DNA from: Nitrososphaerota archaeon
GTDB lineage: Archaea > Thermoproteota > Nitrososphaeria > Nitrososphaerales > Nitrosopumilaceae
Assembly: GCA_028867755.1 (NCBI GenBank)
Contig: JAGWFT010000001.1
Coordinates: 740,727-804,726 of the forward strand
Length of the DNA stretch: 64,000 nt
Direction of reading: 5' to 3'
Shown: positions 35,260 through 44,289 of the stretch, in pieces
Numbering within the stretch: position 1 is the stretch's first letter
How the letters are laid out: the number at the start of each line of letters is the position of its first letter
Program-made: the position numbers and the translations under genes
The notes under the pieces: generated by a model
Database searches by the model: none
What the model saw: only the letters and a program-made list of their open reading frames with translations
Told to the model about the DNA's origin: nothing

Positions 35260-35586
35260 GTGGATACAATAACCTATGATGATTTTGCCAAACTGGATAT
35301 TCGTGTAGCAAAAATAATAGAAACAGAAAAGATCCCAGGAAAATCAAAGATCATAAAGGGAGTCATTGATTTGGGTGAAGAAAAAAGACAAGTAATCATT
35401 GGAGGTGCTGAGTATTATCAGCCTGAAGATCTGTTAAACAAAAAAGTCATAGTGCTCTCAAACTTGGAATCAAGAAAAATTGCTGGGGTAGAATCTAATG
35501 CAATGCTTTTGGCCGCAGACTTGAATGACAAACCTTTTTGGCTTACTGTGAACGAAGATGTTCCACTTGGAACAAAGATAAAATAA
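35260..35586 (+). CDS. Stand-alone tRNA-binding OB-fold protein (Trbp111/CsaA-like)
   Basis: ITYDDFAKLDIRVAKI, NLESRKIAGVESNAMLL. Confidence 0.92.
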   Translation: MDTITYDDFAKLDIRVAKIIETEKIPGKSKIIKGVIDLGEEKRQVIIGGAEYYQPEDLLNKKVIVLSNLESRKIAGVESNAMLLAADLNDKPFWLTVNEDVPLGTKIK

Positions 35587-35605
35587 AAAACTTACTATCT
35601 ATATT

Positions 35606-37024
35606 CTAATTACTAATTATCTTGCCTGGATTAAAAGTATTGGTTGGGTCAAAGAATTGTTTTATCTTTTTAAAAATAGAATACACTTCATCTCCGTATT
35701 GTAGTTTAACAAATTCTGATCTTGCAAGTCCATCCCCATGTTCTCCAGTTATGGTTCCACCTATGCTTATCACTCCAGAGAAGAACTCCAGTGCAATCTT
35801 TTTGATAAGATGTGCGTCTTTTTTCTTTAAAATTGGTCTGATATGCAAATTTCCATTGCCTACATGACCATATGTAATCACCCTCATGGGGTATCTTGAT
35901 GTCAAATATTCTACTAGATCAAGTAGAAGAGGCAGCCTGTGCACTGGAACAGTGGCATCTTCTATCAAGGAAGACACCGTTTCTTGTCTTGAGATGCTCT
36001 TTAGGCTATAAGACAATGCAGAATTTCTAAAAGTCCACCATTGCATTATTTGATCATATCGTGTAGTGGAAAAAATTATTTTTCCAGATGACACATCTTT
36101 AACTTTTGCCTTCTTTTTTGATATGTTATCATCAAACTCTACAAAGAGCAAGCATTTTGTACTGTTTGGTGTCTTGGCCGTAATGTGTTTGATGATGTTA
36201 TGATCTATAATCTCCACTGCAGACGGTCCAAGTTTTAGAATTTTGGGCACGTCAATGACTGCACCTTTTAGAGACTTGTATGAAATTATTGTGAGAATTG
36301 ATTGTTTTGGAAGGTCAAAAGTTTTGAGCATGGCAGATGTGATTATTCCAAGAGTTCCCTCAGAACCCGCCATGATTTTGTGCAGGTCATTTCCTGATCT
36401 GATCTTGTCAATTCTATAGCCGCAAGAATTCTTCGATACTCTAGGAAATTGCCTTTGCATTTGTGGTTTTACAATCGCAAGAATTTTCTTTGTTGTATTA
36501 TTTTTCTTTGGGAGCGTCACAATGCTGCCCTTGGATGTGACCATTTTTACTTGAATCAAATTATCTGCTGTACTACCGTACTTTAATGAATGACTTCCGC
36601 TTGCATTGGTTCCTATCATCCCGCCAATGGTGCAGAATGGACCAATTGATGGGTTTGGCCCAAGAAATCTATTATGTCGTCTTAGTGTGTCATCAAGAAT
36701 TCCTTTGGAAACTCCGCTTCCGGCTTGAACAAATCTACGTCCAACCTTGATTTTGTCAAAATGTCTCATGTCTAAAATTATTCCAGTTCCAAGGGATCCT
36801 CCAACAAGACCAGTACCAGCACCTCTTGGCGTGACAGAAGTTTTGTTACGTAAGGCAAATCGAACAATTTTCATCACATCTTTTTCATTCTCAGGGAATG
36901 CTATTGCAGATGGTCTTACAATGTAGGAACTGGCATCAACTGAATAAAGATCTAATGCTTGCCTATCATATGCCACCTTACAGGTTACAATTTTTGCAAG
37001 TTTTTCACCTATCTTACTTGGCAT
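35606..37024 (-). CDS. FAD-linked oxidoreductase (GlcD/D-lactate dehydrogenase-like)
   Basis: PRGAGTGLVG, GSEGTLG, GHVGNGNLH, ITGEHGDG, FNPGK. Confidence 0.9.
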   Translation of the reverse strand: MPSKIGEKLAKIVTCKVAYDRQALDLYSVDASSYIVRPSAIAFPENEKDVMKIVRFALRNKTSVTPRGAGTGLVGGSLGTGIILDMRHFDKIKVGRRFVQAGSGVSKGILDDTLRRHNRFLGPNPSIGPFCTIGGMIGTNASGSHSLKYGSTADNLIQVKMVTSKGSIVTLPKKNNTTKKILAIVKPQMQRQFPRVSKNSCGYRIDKIRSGNDLHKIMAGSEGTLGIITSAMLKTFDLPKQSILTIISYKSLKGAVIDVPKILKLGPSAVEIIDHNIIKHITAKTPNSTKCLLFVEFDDNISKKKAKVKDVSSGKIIFSTTRYDQIMQWWTFRNSALSYSLKSISRQETVSSLIEDATVPVHRLPLLLDLVEYLTSRYPMRVITYGHVGNGNLHIRPILKKKDAHLIKKIALEFFSGVISIGGTITGEHGDGLARSEFVKLQYGDEVYSIFKKIKQFFDPTNTFNPGKIISN

Positions 37025-37105
37025 GGTATTTCTTAGTATCTTGGGTTAAAAAACAATTTAATTTCCTACAAAGATTTAATTTAGATTGTAATCGATTTTT
37101 CAATA

Positions 37106-38227
37106 TTGGATTTTCTAGGAATCAATGTTGACAAGCTTCTCAATTCAAATGATAATTCTAACCCATTGATGTGGTTAGTATGGATTGTTCCAATTTTTGT
37201 CTTTATGCTTTACGGACAGAAGATCCAACTGCAGGTAACCTCTTCTGAAATAAACAAGTCTCTTGAGAAACTAAAAACATATAGAGATGAAACCAAAAAA
37301 GAATTAATTGATTACATCAAGATCACTCTGAAGCCTAATTGGGATGTTTCACCCAAGATTGATAGATACTTTGAGCAATTTACAATAATGCCTGTTGATA
37401 TGGATCCAAATGGAATTGTTCCTAAAATCAGACACATAATGCGAACTCGTGAAGATTTTACAAGAATGCAGGTCAAGACGTTTGCTCCGGAACTAAACCG
37501 TGTTGAAGTAAGCAAGATAGTAAATATTCTAGAGGTTGTCACAACTATACATTTACTTTACAAGAGCGTGAGGCACTTGTTTCTAACGGCAAAAAAGCAA
37601 AACAACTTTCCTCTCATCTTACCACTGCAAATGATGATACCGTTTATTATGGAAGAAGCAGAGGCTCTCAAAACCGCAGTACCAGCATTCAAGCAAGGCC
37701 AGCCAATTGGTGATGGTATAGGTCCTATGGTTGTAGGAAAAATGATGCTTGACACTGAGAAAAAAGAGGCAGCGCATGAGACGGTTTGGAGCGAAAAAGA
37801 ATTTGAGGGAAGAAAACTCATACTAGTCAAGGCAGAAGGTCCAGCTGGTGCTGTAGGCAGACCAGGAGAGGCAGTTGAAAAAATCATCTCGGGAAAAAGG
37901 CCTGATATCATAATTATGGTAGATGCAGCTCTGAAACTGGAAGGCGAAGAAACAGGTTCTATAGCGCAAGGATTTGGTGCAGCAATTGGAGGTATAGGTA
38001 CAGAAAAATTCCAAATTGAGGAAACAGCCACAAAAAATAACATTCCAATCTACGCCATTGTGGTAAAACAGTCAATCAAAGAAGCCATAACGCTAATGAA
38101 AAAAGAGATTGCAGACACTGCTGAGAAGGTAACCTCTCAAATTTACGATATAGTAAAAGAGAACACGAAAACTGACCAGTCTGTCCTAATAATAGGCGTA
38201 GGAAATACTATAGGTGTGTCACAATGA
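37106..38227 (+). CDS. DUF1512 family protein
   Basis: P.DMDPNGIV, PIGDGIGP, DAALKLEGE..G.IAQGFGAAIGG, IGVGNT.GV.Q. Confidence 0.85.
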   Translation: MDFLGINVDKLLNSNDNSNPLMWLVWIVPIFVFMLYGQKIQLQVTSSEINKSLEKLKTYRDETKKELIDYIKITLKPNWDVSPKIDRYFEQFTIMPVDMDPNGIVPKIRHIMRTREDFTRMQVKTFAPELNRVEVSKIVNILEVVTTIHLLYKSVRHLFLTAKKQNNFPLILPLQMMIPFIMEEAEALKTAVPAFKQGQPIGDGIGPMVVGKMMLDTEKKEAAHETVWSEKEFEGRKLILVKAEGPAGAVGRPGEAVEKIISGKRPDIIIMVDAALKLEGEETGSIAQGFGAAIGGIGTEKFQIEETATKNNIPIYAIVVKQSIKEAITLMKKEIADTAEKVTSQIYDIVKENTKTDQSVLIIGVGNTIGVSQ

Positions 38228-38412
38228 TGTTTTCTAGAAAGAAACAAGAAATCATAAATCCGTATACTGTGGAGCAATGCGCTTTATGCAATGCTGTTAA
38301 AAAAAAGAAATTTGCAGAAGATGATTATGTCTTTAAGACAATTGGAAAATGCTCTTCTTGTAACAATGGCACTGTATTGATATCAAAAATCTACGGTGAA
38401 TCTGTCAAATAG
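38224..38412 (+). CDS. Small zinc-ribbon protein
   Basis: CALC...DYVFK..GKCSSC; ATGA overlap with DUF1512. Confidence 0.8.
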   Translation: MMFSRKKQEIINPYTVEQCALCNAVKKKKFAEDDYVFKTIGKCSSCNNGTVLISKIYGESVK

Positions 38413-38415
38413 ATA

Positions 38416-39306
38416 TCAAATAGTTGTCACAGTGACGCCGTTCTCTTGAGGTATGAAAGTATGCTCGGCCTGAGCTACTCTTTGATTGTTTGCTTCTACC
38501 AAAATAGGATATGATCTGACAATTTTACTATGAATCAACTTTTCCAAAAGATCCCTGGCAGTTTTCTCGTCCCATTCGGGCAAGAGCCATCTTAGGGCAA
38601 ATGGCAACATGTTGAATTTTTGCCAAATAAAATCAATGAGCTTGTTTGCATCATCATCTTTTGCTCGCTTTCTTGTTGTCAAAGAAAAAATATTTCTGAC
38701 CTTACCTTCTCGAACAAATCCTAGACCATCTCGTGTTGTAACAAACGGTTCACATGCATATGCCTCTGTTGACTGGAAAGAAAATGAGCCAATGGACCAT
38801 ATGTTTGGCACAGATTTTCCAGCATGTATGGTATATTGCTCAAGAGAATGTCCGCTGAGATTTGCAATAGGTGTACCGCCCATCTGCTTTACTGTATTTT
38901 CTATAATTTTCCCAACATCACTTGATTTTGTACCTGCATGCATGATGGAGATTGCTTCTCTTAGTGCAGCTTCTGCTGCTTGTACTAGATAATCATAGTT
39001 TGGATCGTAACATACTGTGACTGCAGTATCTGCAATGTATCCATTTATCTGCACGCCCAAGTCAATTTTCAAGAGATCTGTTTCTTTGACAACAATGGTG
39101 TCGTTTGGTTCTGCGGTATAATGTGCAGCAATTTCGTTTAAACTAACATTTACAGGAAAAGCACACTTGCCTCCTTTTTGTTTTATCTCATTCTCAACTA
39201 ATTCGCAAATTTCTAGTAGTGTAGAGCCCACGTGATATTTTTTTCTGGCATTTTCTCTAACCTCGGCTGCAATTTTGCCTGCATGTATGTAATCCTGAAC
39301 CTGCAT
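38416..39306 (-). CDS. map: Methionine aminopeptidase type II
   Basis: AAHYT, KIDLGVQINGYIADTA, NLSGH, HAGKS, EPF, AQAEHT. Confidence 0.96.
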   Translation of the reverse strand: MQVQDYIHAGKIAAEVRENARKKYHVGSTLLEICELVENEIKQKGGKCAFPVNVSLNEIAAHYTAEPNDTIVVKETDLLKIDLGVQINGYIADTAVTVCYDPNYDYLVQAAEAALREAISIMHAGTKSSDVGKIIENTVKQMGGTPIANLSGHSLEQYTIHAGKSVPNIWSIGSFSFQSTEAYACEPFVTTRDGLGFVREGKVRNIFSLTTRKRAKDDDANKLIDFIWQKFNMLPFALRWLLPEWDEKTARDLLEKLIHSKIVRSYPILVEANNQRVAQAEHTFIPQENGVTVTTI

Positions 39307-39392
39307 TGGTTTACTGTTGAATAGATTTGTTATTTAAAATCATCATTAGCATGAGAAGATTAAATTGGGGACTTTTTTGTGCATTCAACATC

Positions 39393-39466
39393 GGGATCGT
39401 GGTCTAGCTTGGTATGATTCGGGTTTTGGGTACCTGAGGTCGTCGGTTCAAATCCGGCCGATCCCA
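39393..39466 (+). tRNA. tRNA-Pro(UGG)
   Basis: Acceptor GGGATCG/CGATCCC, anticodon arm CGGGT-TTTGGGT-ACCTG, T-loop GTTCAAATC; CCA not encoded. Confidence 0.95.
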
Positions 39467-39649
39467 TCTTTTGTATTTTACATTCACTAAAACCATAGTA
39501 CAGTTTCAATTAGTTATTATCTGACTTGCACAAATTCTGATGAGTCAGGCGATGAAGAAGAGTTAGAGACATGATAAAAAATGAATGTGAATTCAGTGAC
39601 TCGGAGCCTGGCATAACTATTTATTGAAATTTTTTGTTCAAAAAACATC

Positions 39650-39898
39650 TTGGGATTTGAAAAAAGAGAAATCTTGTTGATCCTGGGAGTTTTATTTCTG
39701 ATGATAGGACTATTGCCCTTCTTGGCTCCTGTGTATGCAGTAATAATTGCAGTTGTGGCATACTTTGGAATACGAGTATTGGTTGGAAGAAGAAAAAGGC
39801 AAATTAAAAAAGATGTGGGAGAGGGAATATGTGCAGTCTGTGGTTCTAGGATAATTCAGAACAAGTGCCCAAACTGTGATGAAACAAAACCCGTCTAA
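39650..39898 (+). CDS. Small membrane protein with a C-terminal zinc ribbon
   Basis: Two TMs, then CAVC...CPNC. Confidence 0.7.
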   Translation: MGFEKREILLILGVLFLMIGLLPFLAPVYAVIIAVVAYFGIRVLVGRRKRQIKKDVGEGICAVCGSRIIQNKCPNCDETKPV

Positions 39899-40062
39899 AT
39901 ATATCTACAGTTCTATCAAACCTGATAAATTCTACGCATAGCTTATAACGAATTATAGGCTACGTTTACCTAAATGAAATTAACGGCATATTGGGGATTA
40001 ACAACAAGCTCAACTTTTCCACAATTAACACCTAAAATTGCAATCTTTGTGATGGAAAGGTA

Positions 40063-43000
40063 GTGCAGATGAGATACTTAAGATCCTACACTATTGTCAG
40101 CTTTATAGTTCTAATTTTAATTGGCCAAACCTATTCTGCCCTAGGGCAAGCGGCTCCAATAGCAACCCACGTGGTGATAAACGAAGCTGATATACATCCT
40201 GTTGGGGACGACACAAAATATCCTATAGACTGGGTAGAGATCTATAATCCTACATCTAGTCCTGTAAACATTAGCGGTTGGACTATTGGTGCAACTACTG
40301 GACTGCAACAAATCTACATGATATCAAGCAATACAATAATCCAAAGTAAACAGTTTATGATCTTCACATATGGTCCACTATGGTTTCCACATGCTGGTGC
40401 AGTTATCCAACTAAAAAATAGTGACAAAACAATAATTGATCAAACACCACCGCTTACTGACTTTCAAGGAGGAGGTGGTTCATGGCAAAGGATGGTTGAT
40501 GGTTATGATACTGGCTCTTCAACTGATTGGGTTTACAAACCAGCCACTCCAGGATCATCTAATGGGCAACTATCTACTTCTACTACTGTAGCTCCGACTA
40601 CCATCGCCTTTGCTACTGACAAAACTAGTTACATTTTTGGAGATACTGTAACAATGAGTGGAAAAGTTTCAAAACTCATGAATGATCCTGCTTTAGGTTA
40701 CCCACTATCTGTTAACCTAGCAGTGTCTGGACCAGCTGGTTTTCAAAAAACATTCACCTTGTATCCAAGTACCAATCTACAGTTTAGTACATCTATGACA
40801 ACTGGCCAGATACTGGGATTTCAAGAAGGAAATTATACAGTATCAGCATCATATGGAAGTGTCGTAGCATCATCTTCTTTCATGTTGGGTTCAACGCCTT
40901 TTGTTCCGCCATCTCAGACTGCCCCAGTTACAATGTCAATATCAACAGACCAGCCGATTTATACCATCTTGCAGCCTATCACACTTAATGGAACTGTTTC
41001 TCAAGTTATTCCATTGACACCTGTAATTTACAAAGTCTATGAACCAAACGGCACCATGATATATCAAGGAAATCTCTATCCTGACTCCCAGGGACATTTT
41101 ACTACTTATAGCCCATACCAATCTCATTCCAGCACATCTGGAATTGTGATCAATGCCATTACTCCAATTTACGGCACCTATGCCATTACTGCAAGCTATG
41201 GTACATCTAGTGCAAAAACTTCCTTTACTTTACTTGCCACAAGTGTATCTTCTGTACCAATAGTCTTGTCAACTGATAAACAAGTGTATGGTCTTGGTGA
41301 GACAGTCACAATTGGTGGTCGTATTAATGTACAAGGATTGCAGAACAATGGGCTTACTCCTAGTTTGCAAATAACCCAGACATACCAAACAGGAGTAAAT
41401 CGAGGTGTACTGCCAAATGCTTTGAGTACCACAGCTTTTGTTAACGTTGCATCTGATGGAACCTTTTCATACAAACTAAGTGTTCCTGGTTCATCGAGTG
41501 GTTTAGGAAGCTATCGAGTCACCGTGACATCAGCATACGGACAAGCAAAGGCAGATTTTGTTGTAGTACAAGATCCATCAACTTACAAAGCACAATCTTC
41601 ATCTCCACTTTCAATTGCTACTGATAAAACATCGTACAGTGTAGGTGATAGCATTACTATTTATGGTAAAGTGGAGTATCCTTTGAGCCAAGCTGGCAGT
41701 GGTGGAACCAGTGTAAATATTGTGATAGTTAACTCAACAGGTGGATTCCTACTGTCATATCAAAATACAGCACAACAAACTGCAGCGGTTACATCAAAAT
41801 CTGTCCCGCTTACATACTATGCTTATCCGGATAGCAATGGTATCTTCCAGATTAAACAAACTATTCAGCGAATTATATTTCTGCCTGGTATGTATACTCT
41901 CAAAGCAACGTACAACTCAATAACCGCGTCAACATCTTTCTCAGTTTACGATCCGCTTGCAACAGGTTCACCAGGTCAAGTGAGTCCCATCACGGCAAGT
42001 CTTGATAAGCAAGTATATGGAGTAGGTGATACTGTACATCTGACTGGGAAAATATCCAGTCTAACAGGAACTTCTGCATACACCATAAATCTTTTAAAAC
42101 CTGATGGAGGGATAATTAGTGCTCCTTTAGCGCTAAATAATGGACTTTTCTCATGGGATTGGACTGTTCCAAGTCAAGCTGCATTTAACACAGCTTCTAC
42201 ATTTACTACCAATAGAGCTTCATCATTTAATGCAAGCTCACAGACTAGTCTGTATGGGATCTACGGAATAAAGATAACTTCTGATTATGGAAATTCGCAA
42301 TTGTTCTTCCAAGTATCCCAAAATCCCCAAAACCAAACTACAATATTGCCATTTACTATAGAGACTGGTAAGACAGAATACCTTAGTACGGATGTACTAA
42401 GTATTTCAGGACAAGCATTACCGCAATCAAATGCTGCTGCTCAATACTCTAACACTCAAGTTCAAATCTCAGTTTATACTCAAACTGGACAAGAAATTTA
42501 CAGATATTTTGCGACTCTAAACCAAGGAGGACAATTTCATGCAACTATACCAATGCAGCCTGGTGTATGGACAACAGGAACTTACAAAGTTTATGCACAG
42601 TATCTTACTGATTCTGCTCAAACAATATTTCAAGTGACTGATCCATTTACACTTAGTAGTACAGGCTCTCTCAAACTTTTCATGACGACAGATAATGGCA
42701 AATATCTTCCAGGACAAACAGTTCTGATAACTGGTAGAACTAGCTATATTGTATCAGTTGACAATGCATATCTTACATTTGACTTGGCAAATGATACTGT
42801 AATCAATGAAGGGAAAGTTGTATCTCAGAAGGGCTCTACATTACCGCACATCACAACATCTTTTGATCAATATGGCTCCTTCACATATAATTATGTAATT
42901 CCAAAATCTGCTCTTCTTGGAACTTATATTGTTATAGCTGAGGTACCGTTTGGATACTATAACACAACTTATCAGGTGGTTAATCAATTGCCGCAAATTG

Positions 43001-43578
43001 TACCACAAACAAATACAACTCAAGTAATTCAGCCTCCTCCTGTAAATACAACTCAAGTAACTCCGCCGTCTACAAATACCACTCAAGTTCCACAAGAACT
43101 AACTATGATTCCAACAAGTATAGGACCGACTCAGAAAAAGACAACCCAGTTTATGATTGTGAATAAGGATAACATGATTGAAAGTTCACTAATTCCTATA
43201 AATCTGAGTGAAAAAATCAACGGTAATCAAACCTACTATCCACAAGAGATGGATGGGCTACTTCGTGTAAACCCAGGTGACGAAAATGTAGTTAGTCTCA
43301 AGGTAATCTCTCCTGATGGCACATGCATAATTGGTTCAAATGCAAATTGTAAAGTATCTCAATCGACATATCATGGAAGCTCGCTTTACCAAAGTGTGAA
43401 AATAGGATCTAACAGCTTCCTAGTGGGATTTTCAGGATCAAATCAAAGAATACAACAATTCAGTGTTCTGCCAGTCAATGCAAACAATACTCTTACATCT
43501 GGTAGCTGGAATATACAGGTAATCAAAAATGATCAGGTGTCTAGATTCTACTATCAAGTAACCTATCTGACAAAATAA
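40063..43578 (+). CDS. Large secreted surface protein: lamin-tail domain plus about seven MG2/Ig-like repeats
   Basis: VVINE...DWVEIYNPT...ISGWTI (LTD); recurring TDKxxYxxG[DE]TVxIxG motif. Confidence 0.85.
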   Translation: MQMRYLRSYTIVSFIVLILIGQTYSALGQAAPIATHVVINEADIHPVGDDTKYPIDWVEIYNPTSSPVNISGWTIGATTGLQQIYMISSNTIIQSKQFMIFTYGPLWFPHAGAVIQLKNSDKTIIDQTPPLTDFQGGGGSWQRMVDGYDTGSSTDWVYKPATPGSSNGQLSTSTTVAPTTIAFATDKTSYIFGDTVTMSGKVSKLMNDPALGYPLSVNLAVSGPAGFQKTFTLYPSTNLQFSTSMTTGQILGFQEGNYTVSASYGSVVASSSFMLGSTPFVPPSQTAPVTMSISTDQPIYTILQPITLNGTVSQVIPLTPVIYKVYEPNGTMIYQGNLYPDSQGHFTTYSPYQSHSSTSGIVINAITPIYGTYAITASYGTSSAKTSFTLLATSVSSVPIVLSTDKQVYGLGETVTIGGRINVQGLQNNGLTPSLQITQTYQTGVNRGVLPNALSTTAFVNVASDGTFSYKLSVPGSSSGLGSYRVTVTSAYGQAKADFVVVQDPSTYKAQSSSPLSIATDKTSYSVGDSITIYGKVEYPLSQAGSGGTSVNIVIVNSTGGFLLSYQNTAQQTAAVTSKSVPLTYYAYPDSNGIFQIKQTIQRIIFLPGMYTLKATYNSITASTSFSVYDPLATGSPGQVSPITASLDKQVYGVGDTVHLTGKISSLTGTSAYTINLLKPDGGIISAPLALNNGLFSWDWTVPSQAAFNTASTFTTNRASSFNASSQTSLYGIYGIKITSDYGNSQLFFQVSQNPQNQTTILPFTIETGKTEYLSTDVLSISGQALPQSNAAAQYSNTQVQISVYTQTGQEIYRYFATLNQGGQFHATIPMQPGVWTTGTYKVYAQYLTDSAQTIFQVTDPFTLSSTGSLKLFMTTDNGKYLPGQTVLITGRTSYIVSVDNAYLTFDLANDTVINEGKVVSQKGSTLPHITTSFDQYGSFTYNYVIPKSALLGTYIVIAEVPFGYYNTTYQVVNQLPQIVPQTNTTQVIQPPPVNTTQVTPPSTNTTQVPQELTMIPTSIGPTQKKTTQFMIVNKDNMIESSLIPINLSEKINGNQTYYPQEMDGLLRVNPGDENVVSLKVISPDGTCIIGSNANCKVSQSTYHGSSLYQSVKIGSNSFLVGFSGSNQRIQQFSVLPVNANNTLTSGSWNIQVIKNDQVSRFYYQVTYLTK

Positions 43579-43644
43579 CCAAATTGATGAAATCATATCT
43601 CAAATACTACCTTGAGTTATTTTTACATAGGCTGTGAAAATAAA

Positions 43645-44133
43645 GTGAAAGTTCAAGTTTTTATGCTGCGTCAGGACGATCCGACAAAATGTACTGCAGC
43701 AAAATTAGTAAAATTTGGATTGGCAAAACAAATAAGACGAACAGTAGGGGCAACCATGGTTTTAGATCCTTTTTCTGAGAAAATTGTTTTAAAAAGTGAT
43801 GGACAGACTATTGATTCTATTACTGCTATAGATTGTTCCTGGGAGTTGATAAAAAAAACATTTGTTAGACGTTTTTCAGGACTTTCTCGCAGGCTACCTC
43901 CTTTACTTGCCGGCAATCCTGTAAACTATTCTAAAATAGGAAAACTCACTACTGCAGAAGCTATAGCAGCTGCGCTTTTCATCATGAATCTTGATGAACA
44001 GGCCCATACAATATTAAATAAATTCAAGTGGGGGCATACATTTTTTGAACTCAATCAAGATCTCTTAAAAGATTATTCAAATGCAGATTCCCAAGAAAAA
44101 ATAATTGAAATATCAACTGATTATGGTATCTAA
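43645..44133 (+). CDS. tsr3: rRNA aminocarboxypropyltransferase Tsr3 (DUF367)
   Basis: QDDPTKCTAAKL, IDCSW, RRLPPLLAGNPVNY, LTTAEAIAAAL, FKWGHTF..LN; GTG 43645 preferred. Confidence 0.93.
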   Translation: MKVQVFMLRQDDPTKCTAAKLVKFGLAKQIRRTVGATMVLDPFSEKIVLKSDGQTIDSITAIDCSWELIKKTFVRRFSGLSRRLPPLLAGNPVNYSKIGKLTTAEAIAAALFIMNLDEQAHTILNKFKWGHTFFELNQDLLKDYSNADSQEKIIEISTDYGI

Positions 44134-44289
44134 AACACATAGTAAATAACAGATGGTTAAACTAAGCGTAATTTGAGGGGTTGAAAGTAGAATTAACACA
44201 TCTCTCCAAGACGTCTTTGTTTCTTCCTCATGTCTTTTTAACGTGGGTAAAGATTTATTCGAGCGTTTTTTCCACACGAGTAGGCTTAC

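Noticed and set aside
37558-38043. 161-aa minus-strand ORF
   Set aside because: Antisense shadow of DUF1512.
39538-39615. Possible C/D box sRNA downstream of tRNA-Pro (CTGATGA)
   Set aside because: No correctly placed terminal CTGA box on the same strand.
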